A stretch of DNA of 35,991 nt, from positions 62,001 through 97,991 of the forward strand of contig JYFJ02000985.1 of the NCBI GenBank assembly GCA_000934665.2, read 5' to 3'. Position numbers and translations under genes: made by a program. Each line of letters starts with the position of its first letter. The first letter of the stretch is position 1. Under the pieces are notes generated by a model, which was not told the origin of the DNA, ran no database searches, and saw only the letters and a program-made list of their open reading frames with translations. The stretch is from Catajapyx aquilonaris (Eukaryota). Positions 11,501 to 23,666 of this stretch are shown piece after piece.

Positions 11501-14500
11501 CCGATTCTCTCTCTCTGTGTGTCTTTTTGTTGCTGTAACTCACAGTTGCCAGGGACGCAAAAACCGCCATTGGGCAAACTGGGGGGAAAAAATTGGCTGT
11601 CTTTCGCTGCATGCAAATAATCTGGATTTGTTTTAAATTCTTCTTCGTGCAACTGGGCAGTACAGGCCGGACAGCAACTAAAAGGGTTGGAAGAACAGAG
11701 CATACGTGTTCACCTTATCATACCTGTCGTTAAAGTACACATGCTTTCAGTTATGATGAGCCGGCCGGTTAGGACCACGTTTTAGAGGCGATCAAGTATA
11801 ACACCCCGCCCATCAAAAGCTCGTTAAGCTCCCAAAACGTGTGCGATTTTACTGCCGTTTGAGGAGCTATATGGGCATGGTAAAGTGGTTCCAAAATGAC
11901 TCGGTTTCATATTAGGAAAATAGGCGTGAAAACGATCTCCCTAACAACCTGTCCTAAAATGCGGTTCTCAGCAGGATATGGAAACAATGGTTTGTTGTAA
12001 CCGACGATGCTTCCTGGTCCCGTCGTTAAAGAAGACGGAGACACACAAAAAAAAAATCGCAAATTAATTTGCAAGCTGCATAGTCACGGTCCTTTCTCAG
12101 AAAAACAAGCTGGTTTTTTTGTGGGAGTAAATTAACTTGCTGATTGAAATGCTGAAAGGCGGCGGTCACATTTTCTAGAAAGGTCGAGGTTGAAGTGATT
12201 CAACCTGTGATTTCGTCATCAGTTTAAAAAATAAAAGAGCTAGGCATTGTGAGCATATTATGATTTGATAAAATATTATAAAACCATTATAGGAGCTGCC
12301 TGACTATTGGAGTTCGCCTTCTGAAAAATTTGGGTAGCAAGTCTTCAGGCGTGAGTGTGGGTTAATTTAATTTAATTTGAAGCATGTAACTTCATTAGGT
12401 GATGCAAAGGGTCTGACATTCATATACAGAAACGGACGAGATTCATTCAATAAGATTCACAATGATTTACATGGAAGATTACTCAATATTCGTGTCATAT
12501 TTTCTATCCGGAGGAAACACATAACTTTTCAAAAATTTATTGGTGCGCATATTTTCGCGTTTCACTTTTGCTGACAAGTGGACTTGCCTGTATAGGTTTA
12601 AATATCTAGCTCTTACATGTTTCATAATACTCGGTCAAATGCCCCCCCCCCCCCCCCCTTTACTGTGCGTGACATGGGGTGGTCGAAGGGTGGTGATTAA
12701 AGGAGAAACCCAAACGTGATCATTAGCTGAGCAAATAACCCGAAGTCAACATTTCGTGTAAGTGAAGTGAATATGTTGCTGTTGAATGGCTTTTAAACAA
12801 GGCGTGACGTCATTCACCCGCAACAGAGCTGACACCCTAATAGTGCTTCAGCCATATTTCAGCTCGGCTATTGTTCAGCCAGTTTTTTCTCTCTTCTTCT
12901 TCCATTTCTTATTTTGAGGGTGGGTCGCATCACCTGTGTGCCGCCGAATGCACCTCGATCCATCAGCCGCGGCACCCGGACGCCATTCGATTGGAAAAAG
13001 GTTGTTTTACATGCACGACCCAATATATCAGTCCGGCTTAGTAGGGGCCAAGTAATGCCTCTTCCCTCGAGGGCAAAATGGCCAAAAAGAGGAGAAGACA
13101 AAACGAAGGCTCTCCATCTTAATTCCACAACCCCCCTTGGGAGGACCTATATAGCATCCCCCTACCACACCCCACCCATCTTTTGAAAAAGTTGGGTAAT
13201 GGCGCGATTTATTGCCATGGGAAAGCGAGCCGGAAGGTTTTATGAAGGATGACTAGAAGATTAGGCCTCTTTTCACTAGGCTCCGGCTGCATTCCTATTC
13301 CGTCCACCAGCCCCCCCTGAACACAGCTCTTCTAAAATTAGAGGTGGGAATGGATGGATGGACCTGTGGTGGAAAAAAAAGGCGCATAAGGGGGGGGAGG
13401 TTGATACCATCTTGTCCGAAGTGTGGGCGGAATTACCCTGATAGCACCAGTGCTGACACCCTTTCCAACGTATTAATGCCCTAACACCAATAGAGTGGTC
13501 TAAAGAAAGGAATGCAGTTCGAGGAGGGTCCTAATTGCTTTCAGATATGATCGAACCCCCTCTCTCTCTTTAAAAAAAATGCTGATTGGCGCGTCACAAA
13601 GTCTATATAGAAGTGTGGCGAAAGTGTGATTAATGAAAGGTCCAAAATGTGAACATTTTTGGGGAGGCACCTAGCACCTGACTCGCAGCATCTTTTTTTT
13701 TAGTGGCCCGGTTCTAAACAGAGCCATTATTTAAATTGTCCGGCTCCGTGCATTATGCAAATCGGGGCGTATAACTAGGGGGGAGAGGCGATGTTTGCCC
13801 TTCCGAGTGAATATTTCATGTCGGCCGTAACCTGGAGGTAGTTTAATTAATGTTGAAAAGCGTCAATGAGGCTAATTGCACGCTTGCATATTAGCCTGCT
13901 GCCAAAACGTTGCGAGCTCAAAAAAATTGCATTTTTTTCATATAAGAAGTGACGTAAGCCTCTGCACATTCCGCTCACAACCTAGAGTTTCACCGAGAAG
14001 GTTATAATTGAGAAGCTCGGTCATAACAAGAATTGACATAGCAACCATTGTTGACGACAATTGACGACAATCAAAAGTAAGGATTTTCCGAGAAGAAACT
14101 CGGATTTGTAATATACTTGTAGGTGAAACTGGCCCTATAGTGGTTTTGGGTCGGTTTTGGGTCAAAATCCCCCCAAAAAATGTGTTTTTCTCCATCAGAC
14201 GAGTTTTGCATTTGGAGACCACAAAATGACGGCCTGATAATCGAAATCCAAGAGCTTTTCAGATTCCAAAACCATCCGGAAGCCAATAATATGTGAAGAT
14301 GGATGCCTGGAAAAAGCCACCGCCAAAAGATAGATAACAAAAAAGAAGTGCGGTCCTTTTTTTCATATTCTTTGCAAGGGCCAGACAAAGGCCATCGAGG
14401 AGGACTCATCATCGGAGAGGGACACAAAAGACTTTTTTTTTTTGGTGATCGATGCCACCTGATGCAAACATCAATAGCAGTTAGTAAGTCTCCCCACCCT

Positions 14501-17500
14501 TTATTCCACTATCCTCCAGGCTTAGCTTCCGGCTAACTGCACGTTTCAAGACCACTTTCCAGCCGAAGGGAATTAAAAAGAGTGCAAGTCGATTTCAATC
14601 CTTCCCCTAAGGCCACCCCTTTTTTTGGAGATAGAGAAAAAAAAGGGTTGCCCTGGAGGCCTCTGCCAGTTGATTAAGCAATTTTGCCACTCGCACAACC
14701 TATGTGGGGACTATAATGGTGCCATTCTGGACGACATCGGGGTCATTACGAGCATAATGAAACGTTTTTGGGGTTCGACGCCCTCCAAAGAGGACAGCTA
14801 ATCCATCAGAAAAAAAGGAGGGGGGAGGATATAGGGGGAGGTAAAGTCCTGTCTGACAATCCTCACATTACACTCAGACAAGGGTGTTGGCCACACCTAC
14901 AGGCTACCGGACAGTCGACGAGGACACACACATTGGGAGACATCTCATTATTACACACAGGGTGGCCCCAGCATGTTGTGGGTTGAACTAATCCATGGGA
15001 TGTGGACAGGAGACAATAGTCCACCCTGTACATATCATGTGTGTATTAGTGCCCGCCCACACACTTCACCAGGCAATAATAATAGATGTCTCTTTGGCCC
15101 CCTTTTTTGTGAGCCGGACCTGATCAATTGACATTTGACACGTTCGTATAGCGAGTGAAAGTGACGTTTTTCGGACCCAAGCCACACCATGCACAGGATT
15201 TTTTTTTTCTTAGAGATATATATCCTATGGTGGCAATTGGGCGCCGCCTGCTTGGCCCCTCTACCTAATTGGGGAGGATGAGTGGGCCAAAAACGAAAAT
15301 GCTGGAGGCGAAAGTGGCTGGCTTGATGGGCCATCACCCAAACACAAGCCGCTTTTTTGGAGGGGTTCAGAAGATCCATCATGTCACGGTCCGTAACGCT
15401 AGTGTTCAACCGAGAGAGAAACTATGAATCAGATGTACACATTGGCGTCGTACTATGACACGCAAAGTCGCACTGTGTAGAAAGGTCATCCTTGCGGCAG
15501 GAGGGTAAACTAAAAAGTCGCGGACTCCACACTGACACTGTGCGACAATCTTTTTGCGTGTTATAGTACATAATGTTTATGAAACCTGAAGGACCTTATA
15601 GTTAGCGCAATGGAAAATTGACATGTTCTGTACAGAAAAAAATTTCTACAATCAATGCCCAATACTTGTTGACCTTTACAAAAAATACTTGAACGATTTT
15701 AAAGCATTCTTTAAATGTATAACGAGTCTTCTGCAGCTGTGCATTGCCAATATTTTCCCAATACTTGTACCCGCCTGAGAGGAGCCCAGCTCCATTTGAA
15801 GTATCCGATCTGATAAATCTTTCACCGATGTTATCATGTACGCACCACTTGTTGGTATTGTTTCAAAAGCGGGTAGGATGTCAGACCCCCTCTCCCTGGA
15901 CAACCTTTGTTGTCGAACCCCTTTTTGGTACATTCACTTGTTAAATTTCTGCGGGGCAAGTTGCTGGGAGCAGCAGAAGGGGTGAATCATCATGCTGCCC
16001 TGCTGCTGTTGCTGGGTGCTTAACGAACTTTTCAGAAAATTATTACTGAAAAAGCCAATTACCGGGATTGAATTATCCCAAGTGAATGATGAGGGAGATT
16101 GTGCACAAACAGACAGGATCCTCCCTCAGGATTCATGACCGGCCCAATTGCACCATGTTTTTTTTCTTCTTTCTCTATCTTTATAATGTGTATACGAGGG
16201 GGTTCGAATATTGGAGAGGGGTGCATGTTATGCGCTTCAATGAGCACCCTTTAGTATTTCGCAAATTGCCCTCTTATACTGGGAGTTGGCTCGTTTTTGC
16301 ACGGACCTTTAAAGGATTTTTTTTAACTTTAAAAAAGAGGAGAGTTTTTGATGCCATTTTTTTCTCATTTTCCTTTTCACGTTATACCACCCGTAAAACC
16401 TCGAGCCTATTTGCTGCACCAGCGGTTTGTGTGTACAGAGAGCTTATTTCTGCCTCGTTATCATCCCTCTTAACCTTTTCCCCCCGTTTTTTTTAACAAA
16501 ACCCAGTCAGCTCCCCAATTACGAGTATTCATTACTGTTACCCCTCATTTTTGCCATCCATCATTATTTTTATTCCAAGTTCTATACAGGGTGGGGGCAA
16601 AGTTGTTCACTCTAGCAATCAAGCAATCGTGTTAAGAATGGTTCCCAAATGAGCCTCATTATAAATCTGTGAGCTGTTTGAATATTTTTTCCTCGAGTGT
16701 GTTATATAGGTAACTGTGATTTATATATTTTTTTTCTGAATGTGTTGTGTGAGGAGCATCCAGCATCACAGGGTGATTGATAAGGCGTTGCAGTGATGCT
16801 GCTGGGGCGAGGCCATCCTGAAGGCGTAGCATCTCCTTTTCTTCTCGAGGAATAAAACTCAAGGGGTGGCCACTGGCACACAACAATCGGTGATTATTCA
16901 GCCACGCCCTACCACCCATCACTAATTGATTTTTACACCTGTATATGACAGCCTGCAAATTGCAATGTTGTACATCTCACACACAAAAAGGAAACTGCTA
17001 CTTTTTTTTGTATAAGTAGCAGTTAATAACTGTTAGTAATTTTTTTATTACATAAATCTGAATTTGGTCTAGCCGTCGTTCAAAACCGGGCCAACCAGAT
17101 CATGACAACCTGTTTATTTATTGCGTGAATGTAACCGAATTATTTAATGGCTGATAAACATTACGATCGACATCGCCATTAATGCCGTTTAGTGCCGGAT
17201 CGGGTTTTTCAAGCCTGGTTTTCTCTTTGCCTCGTGAAAGTAAATTGGTGGGTAAGAAGTTGGTAAGAGCAATTTTTTGGGAAGGGCCCACCACATGAAT
17301 GGCCGTGTCCTCATTGGCTATGCCAGGGTGTTTGGAAGGGTCAAGGGATCCACTTGGTCAGGAGTAATTTATGGCTGCCCAACGCGGCCTCATCTGATGG
17401 GTTAATCAGATGCTGGGATGTAATCTGCAGGCTCCAACAATTTTAACGTGTGACGCGAGTAAAACACTTGAAAGCGATGGAAATGTCGTAGGTTGTATCC

Positions 17501-17790
17501 GCCACATTGCTAATCATTGCCTGAGTATTATTGCATGCAACCAGTCTCCGCCTCCCGAGGTCAAATCGACACTAGCTCCCAACTAGCGGAATTTCCGCGA
17601 ACTGTTTGCGGCTGAATCAGTACCCTTAATAAGTTTTTTTTTTTAAAAAAAGAAAGAGCGTAACTCACAGCCAACTTCCGACCATTCGAGTAGCTGCTGT
17701 TGCGTCCACGTCCACGTCCAGAAGTGACAGGGCCGCACACAAGAGGCCCCCCAAAATTAGGGCTCTTCTCAATGTCCTGGACACTTCCAT
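2328..17790 (-). CDS. Wnt5: Wnt5, spliced CDS, 3'-incomplete: join complement(17790-17669, 9485-9229, 3600-3420, 2439-2328), 672 nt = first 224 aa
   Basis: Joined translation [24 protein letters not shown]...MVGSWL|NLGMQG...[28 protein letters not shown]...[17 protein letters not shown]...PILQI|ASREAAF...[13 protein letters not shown]...[27 protein letters not shown]...[12 protein letters not shown] matches the Wnt5 subfamily (cf. WNT5A [28 protein letters not shown]). All introns are GT-AG and the phases (2,1,2,0) keep the frame. The CKCHG exon is not found in 1-2327. Confidence 0.95.
2524..2572 (+). repeat. (AG)n microsatellite, about 24 units, in Wnt5 intron
   Basis: Perfect AG run; reads (CT)n on the Wnt5 strand about 85 nt upstream of the exon-4 acceptor. 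Confidence 0.97.
3420..3600 (-). CDS. Wnt5: Wnt5 coding exon 3 (181 nt)
   Basis: ORF 3416..3652 encodes [33 protein letters not shown]...[14 protein letters not shown]. Acceptor GTTCAG|C at 3601/3600; donor AA|GTAAGT at 3420/3419. Confidence 0.96.
4328..4558. mobile_element. MITE with AATT 4-bp TSD (Sola1-like target); family copy 1
   Basis: AATT-GGAAGGTGTTATGCAATAATGGGTCAACCCA ... TGGGTTGACTAATTATTGCATAACATCGTCC-AATT; homologous copy at 25221-25437. Confidence 0.85.
4563..4758. mobile_element. Near-perfect hairpin MITE with AATT TSD
   Basis: ATGGACTGTTTACTTG...GAAAAAGTTGCCGGCTCTGACGTCACGTTCGACTCCGATTGG / CCAATCGGAGTCGAACGTGACGTCAGAGCCGGCAACTTTTTC...CAAGTAAACATTCCAT; AATT at 4559-4562 and 4759-4762. 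Confidence 0.85.
6001..6834. repeat. Diverged tandem array, about 150-180 bp units, 4-5 copies, possibly internal to a non-autonomous DNA transposon
   Basis: Recurring GAGTGAAAATT..ACTC (about 6017, 6175, 6327, 6488, 6666), CTCAAATCGAGT.GAAT and GAGA..CTACTCTTTC; weak terminal match CTTAAAAA/TTTTTAAG. Confidence 0.8.
7481..7611. mobile_element. Small degenerate CAGGGTG-type MITE
   Basis: TA-CAGGGTGT...ACACCTTG with internal inverted arms AATTTTCGTTCCACTGCTA / TAGCAATTGGACGAAAATT. Confidence 0.6.
9229..9485 (-). CDS. Wnt5: Wnt5 coding exon 2 (257 nt)
   Basis: ORF 9218..9481 encodes [23 protein letters not shown]...[16 protein letters not shown]. Acceptor TTGGCAG|G at 9486/9485; donor ATTG|GTAAGT at 9229/9228. 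Confidence 0.96.
15450..15569. mobile_element. Small TIR element
   Basis: GTACTATGACACGCAAAGTCGCAC pairs with GTGCGACAATCTTTTTGCGTGTTATAGTAC; related ACTATGACACG motif at about 32932. Confidence 0.6.
17669..17790 (-). CDS. Wnt5: Wnt5 first coding exon (signal peptide); exon begins at acceptor 17885 with about 95 nt of 5'UTR
   Basis: Not in the ORF track. ATG at 17790 gives [42 protein letters not shown], a basic N-region plus hydrophobic core. The donor CT|GTGAGT at 17669/17668 is phase 2 and joins G-AAT of the next exon to give GSWLNLGM, like WNT5A SWWSLGM. Acceptor TTTCAG|G at 17886/17885. Confidence 0.88.
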
Positions 17791-17832
17791 GCTGCTTCTG
17801 TCTCTTATTCGGACAGGATGGCGGGTCCTATA

Positions 17833-17871
17833 TTAGGCCCAAAGCTGGACCTTCTTAGTCTTGAACCTCAT
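17833..17871 (-). other. Upstream ORF in Wnt5 5'UTR (MRFKTKKVQLWA*), in frame with Wnt5
   Basis: ATG at 17871, TAA at 17835-17833; 81 nt from this ATG to the Wnt5 ATG, so same frame. Confidence 0.55.
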
Positions 17872-18698
17872 CCGACGTCTGGAACCTGAAATGGACGCAC
17901 GTTTTAATTTATTTATTGCTGTTACATGTCATGACAATCTATTCGCCCTCCACTCGTTGCAGCCTTTTTAATTAAAAGTCCACCGCACAGCATAAGTATC
18001 GCAATTTTTCGGATGCGAATCAAGTGTCCCACTCCACTCTTTTTTTTCATGTGTTATTTTAGAGTGCAGCAGGTAGTTTATTGACCCTGGTTATCATCAT
18101 CAGTGTGTGTGGGTGTGGGTGAGGGTGACGATGAGCGTAGAGGGACTGACTGCATGTATAATAACGGAGAGGGGGGCTGCCGGTTTTCCATTCCGGGAAA
18201 GGGAAGTCGTACGTTATAGAGCAGCCAGCAAAGGTGTATAGTTAATGAAGGAGGGCAAGAGTCCCCCCCATGATGCATTTACTACCTGCAATTCGCGCTA
18301 ATGGCCCCTGGGACATATGTCATCCACGTGGCGGAGGACTGGATGCCATTTGCAGCCATTTATTCAGGCAGTGGAAAAGCGCTGTTTTAGACGCACGGAT
18401 TCGCATTCGGGACAGTCCTATGCGTAGTACGTGCGTATGGGTCACACCCTGATGTTATGGGGTCGTTGCTACTTACTACTGTGTTTCGCTCTGGAATAGG
18501 TGGTGCTTCAGGGTCCTGCCATATTTGGACAGCCTTGTTTGCTTTTTAGTCAACGAGGGCGGTGTGCAACTAGGCAAACTCTTCACGACTAATTTTTGAT
18601 CAGTGATAATGGGACGTGAACTGATTTTGTACTGCATGACTTGTGGGTAACTGTTCTTTCGTTTGGTCTCTGTGAATAATGTAGGCTACTGTACAGTA

Positions 18699-18906
18699 CC
18701 GTCAATTGGGGTTAGATTGTGCCAGGTGGGGTGAGATTGTGCCAGAGCAAATTTGGGCAACAGTGCGCCCTATATACTGGCAGCGACCCAATTTAGGCGT
18801 GTTTTACTACATTGAGGTGAAAGTTGGCAGCAATGACGAGTAAAATTCGTGGTAGGGCGCAATGTTGTCCAAAAAATGCGCTGGCACAATCTCACCCCAA
18901 TGACGG
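18699..18906. mobile_element. pogo-like MITE
   Basis: TA-CCGTCAATTGGGG(T)TAGATTGTGCCAG with duplicated GGGGTGAGATTGTGCCAG pairs with CTGGCACAATCTCACCCCAATGACGG; inner CAACAGTGCGCCCTA / TAGGGCGCAATGTTG. Confidence 0.78.
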
Positions 18907-20725
18907 AAGTAAAGTATATTTTTAAAAATAATATAGCTTAGATTTTCACTTTGAATGAGCATTTCCTGGATCAGTCAGTCAACAAGCCACAGAATTTGAT
19001 GTCTTTAGTTTAGAGTCATGGGTTTCGTATTAGCTGTTGGAACCGGAATGTTTGGGGTCTGTGGATCCCAGAAAACCATTAGCATAACTTTACAAGCGTT
19101 GATGGGAGAAGACAAAGTCACTGAAACCAGGGTTTGGAGGTAGAGCCCATATTTGGCTAGAACTAAATGGACATGCCCTTTGTCAGTACGAGCCATCCCC
19201 AAAGGAACGACCAACAAATGCCAGTCAACCAGTGTAACATCCCAGTGTCAAGTTTCGGACGGTGCTTGGAACCGGGACATTTCATAGAAGAAGAAAAAGG
19301 TCTGGATGTGATGTGAAGCAATTTCATTTATGTGAAATTCATGAGATCTCGTTTCAACAGTCATATACTATTAATTAGTTTTTGTTGTTGATGCATCTCG
19401 CAAAATGTAGGTCTGCAGGAGATTAATGGTCGCGCACATTCGCTCGGGATATTGGAATCATATCTAAACGGCCAAATCGTGACGTGTGGCAAAGTCACGA
19501 AATGAATAGGTAAAAATCACTTATTCTCTTCCCCTTCGTAAGTCTTTTAAAATGCAGGAAATGTGGTTAAGGCAGGATTGTCACAACAACTGACTCGTAT
19601 ATAAGGCAACTTACATAAGGAATGAACTTTTAGATTCTTGACTTTTTTTTAAAGGGGGCCTAAAATGACAATTTTTTCATAGGATTTATTGCTCACGATT
19701 TCTCTTGAAATGTAATCTTGTCTCTACATACATAAATTGTACGTAAATAATTTATCTATTTCATTTGAGCGATCGCCTCTCCCCACCCAATAGNCCCCCC
19801 CCCAGTTATTTACTCTCACTACAGTCACTATTGACATAAAAGTCTCAATGTTATTTTGAGTTTTCATTACATATTCCTATACCAACCAGCAGTGCTTTAT
19901 GGTAAAATTTGACGTTCAGTTGTCTCAATAAAAACCTAAACGCGATTTTCCCTTGATTTGGTCAGCTTTATCCTCAACTTGAGATATACATTCCCTCATT
20001 AACTGCACTCTTGGTTTATATACGGTTTTGTGAACATTTGTGAACATTTGTTTACAATACATAATCTGATGTAATAGGAGATTTATTTCCCTAATTTGAA
20101 TTCATATATGACCATGGATACTTCGGAGACAATTTTTCACAAGCAAAAAAGTGCTATTTCAGGTCACGTATAATGTCTATATAATTATAAGGCTTTTAAG
20201 TCGTTTGAACAGTGCAGCAGTGTCCTTTGTGGGATCAATTTTTTGTCAAACATTCTGAAGGCTGACTTCACCGTTTCCGAATGCTCGACAATAACCAATG
20301 AGTAACGCAACTTATAGACCTTATAAGACCGTAATTCAAATCATATATTCAAATGCCGAGATATTGAAAGCCACTCATCAATTAGGGTCAGTCGAGTGAT
20401 TGACAGTATAAATCCAGAACCAGTGATTAACCGCTATATATGTGAATAACACAGCAGGGTTAATCTCCTGCTCTGAGTTTACCATCTATCACGCATCTCA
20501 AATGGTTTTGACATGTACATGAAAATAAAGCCTTATAAAATTCAAACTGGAAAGCCTGGCTTGACTCAAAATTCGGGGCCAAAATATATAAATGGAAAGC
20601 ATGAAAATCCCAATCCCCGCACATCAATATCAAGTGCATCAACCTACTTGTGGAATAGCCACTTGAAACCTCTCGACTCGCCCAGCACTGCTAAAATCTT
20701 CCGTTAAGAAAAAAAAAATCCTCAC

Positions 20726-21110
20726 CGATGAGTAGGAGATGTCAGCTTCCGAGAGTTGCGGACCACCTTCTTATAAAAGTCTCCCGCTGTTTTCTCCTCC
20801 TGATGGGACAGGACACTTCCTCTTGGTCCAGCAGCACCGCAGCATCACCAGCACCATACTTATTCCTCCTCTTCCTCCTCCATACCGTCGTCGGCCTTCC
20901 TCTTCATCCGCCGGCGTCCACCAACAGATAACATCCACAGACAGAGAATCGGGACGACCTATTGTAAAGTCAAAACCTATGCTGGCGGCGGCGAACGGAC
21001 GGGTGAGGAGAAGAAAGAAAGAAAAAAAAAGAAATAAGATGAAGAAAAAAAAGGAAGTTGGGAGAAGAAGAGAGGAAAAGGAGGACAACACCCTTAGCCG
21101 ATATATATGG
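20726..21110 (-). other. Candidate non-coding first exon and promoter of Wnt5
   Basis: The exon at 17885 starts at a splice acceptor, so an upstream exon is required. This GC-richer block ends in CG|GTGAGG at 20726/20725 and has ATATATAT at 21101-21108 upstream. Inference only. Confidence 0.35.
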
Positions 21111-22280
21111 GCCCTGTCAAGGGTCATGTGTGGGTTGCGTGGCTTCGGGGACACTCCGCAGGTGAAAACCTTCCAACACACTAGACGGACCTCCCCATCT
21201 CTGATTATAGGAAGAAAAAAAACTTTCTTGTTCTGCTTGACAGCATATTAAGCCGTTTTGTGCAGGTTGGAACATTATTTTTTTTTCAAACCGAGGAAGG
21301 TACTTAGTACGATGGGTTTTCTGTCGAGGGACACGTCACATGTCCCCGGTAGAAGCCTAAATTGATTTGTCGTTTAACCACCGAATGGCCACCCATTTAG
21401 TTAATAGTCGCAAATTGACGCGAACATGCAACTAAATGATTATTGTCAATTGTTCACACGACGCCAGTCCAAATGTGTGGAGTGGATAAATTAATAGGAG
21501 CATGCTGATTAACACAGGGTGAGTAAAAAAGTGCTGTCGGATCTGCAGATATTTTTAGAGCTACTATGGAGTTACACTGTATCCGTAATTTTTTTTCAAG
21601 TAATTTCAAAATATTTTCAATTTTCTGCAGTAAAAATAGGAATTATTTTATATGGACACTTAATTCTTGAACAGTTTTGCGTCAATTTGAGGCTTTTACC
21701 CATATAAATCAGCATAAAAGAAATTATTGCACATAGTGCTTTGATCATATATATATTTTTTTTTGGGGGGGGGGCTGTAATGATCCGCAACAAAATATCC
21801 GTTAGATATATTAACTTTTTCAATGTTTACCGCATAATGAAGGATCCACGGACATTCTGAAGGATCATCCTGATGTAATTACCAATCCGGTTCTTGACAA
21901 AGCGTAATTTAGATCTAATTGGCTATTAATAATGATTGCGCCATGCAACAAGCGTTGCGGGGAGTTTACCGTGGACCGTTGGATTCCACAGCTTTACTGC
22001 ATCAGGGTTTGCTCACTAGATTTACTGTACCTCGTGAAAGCTTACTCTCTCATTTATATCACAGAAACGAACGAACCACAATTCTGTACATATTGGTCTC
22101 CGAATTTAATCCGATATTGCTATACGGTAATGAAATTATACCTTTGCCTTGCTTTCAACAGTTGGTTCTCATTTGGCGTTAAAAAAGTGTCCTCGATTAC
22201 ATACGATTTATATGCAAATAATGCAAATAACTCTCTGGCATATTAAATTCTATAATTAATTTGGTAGAATTCTTTTACTA

Positions 22281-22405
22281 CAGCAAAGTGGCCCTATAAA
22301 GTCTTGACACATTTGTATTGTTGGTTGACAATTATTGGTATCCTTGCAACCAACAATATAATATTAATTACCTATATGTGCCCAGACTTTAGGGTCAGCA
22401 CCCTG
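22281..22405. mobile_element. CAGGGTG-type MITE, degenerate copy, inverted relative to 22476-22601
   Basis: TTGTTGGTTGACAATT...GCAACCAACAATATAATATT...CAGACTTT..GGTCA..CACCCTG-TA is the reverse complement of the neighbouring copy. Confidence 0.7.
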
Positions 22406-22475
22406 TACAATAGCACGATTAATTGTCAGAAGCGAGTCATAGAGCTAATTTAAATGCAAAATGGCATCTAAAGTA

Positions 22476-22601
22476 CAGGGTGACCCGAAAGTCTGGCCAC
22501 ATAAGTAATAATATTATATTGTTGGTTGCCACAGGATACACCAATTGTCAACCAACAATACAATACAATTACCTATGTGTCCAGATTTTAGGGCCACCCT
22601 G
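22476..22601. mobile_element. CAGGGTG-type MITE, TA TSD
   Basis: TA-CAGGGTGACCCGAAAGTCTGGCCACATAAGTAAT ... ATTACCTATGTGTCCAGATTTTAGGGCCACCCTG-TA. Confidence 0.82.
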
Positions 22602-23666
22602 TATAGGTTTTACTCGAAAATTGCACTTCTGGCAGTTATTGAATTGCACGTGCAAGTTGTCCAACTGAACAAATGGTTTCAAACCCAGACGAATATCTTA
22701 AGCAGTTCAGAATTTCACATTAAAAATTTACATACATTTTTGAGACTTTGCTATATAATATTGGGCCTGTTGTGCATTCAGCGCACATTAAAATTATTAT
22801 CGGCCCTCGCACCCAACAAATCCACACCTAATTACAAGTGATATAACATGTGACTTATCTGCAATCGGCTTCCCCAATAATTCGCACCTATTGGCCCTCC
22901 AAAGTCTCTGGTCAGCCACTAACAATACCTCCTGTACTTTGTTTATGTGTAATGTTTTGTTTACTAGTCGAGAGAGCACAAAACACAGAGTCCACCGGTA
23001 TAAAAGCCAGGGGTTGAAGTGTTGTGTGTGTTTGCGGCACACGCGCAGAGTGTTGTCTGCCACCGACCTGAAGCACGCGGTCCTGGCCTCTGCTTCCTTC
23101 TATCTACGCAGCATCCCTACTAAAGGGACCCCTCTGCACATTTTTATGCGGGACTTTTTCCTCTTTCTTTTTTTTTTTTCATTCCGGGGAGAAGGGGGAT
23201 CCACCATTGGCCCGTGTGATTGATTCGGAGGAAGGCCCCATTGGTCCTTGCCAGGCTCCAGAAGGTGCCTGATTGGTGGCGGCTCCACGAAAAGGGTGTT
23301 CGCTGAAACGTTGCGATTCTGTCGCCAAATTATACGCAAAAAAAAAGAGTGCTGGGGATACACCCACCCAATCCACATTTTTCAAAGCCCGGAAGTCGTA
23401 CAGCACGTGGACTTGCAACAAGTTTTTTTTTGTGTGTGGGCAACCTCTGGCTATTTAGTGCTAATGTATAAGCCTGTACTTGTAAAAAGGAGTGACACCT
23501 TATACTTCCTAGAGTCGTGTGATTAATTAATGGGATGTCTACCTGTCCTGCTTGACGGACAGGTGATAATTCATTTTGTCAACTCAGGACTTACCCGGAG
23601 GCGGAATTTCATACAATTTTAAAATGTTGGAGTCCGTTATGTACAGCTCAGAATTTATTGTAATTA

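Noticed and set aside
15600..15950. Open frames in the first coding intron of Wnt5
   Set aside because: All three minus-strand frames were translated with no recognisable protein similarity.
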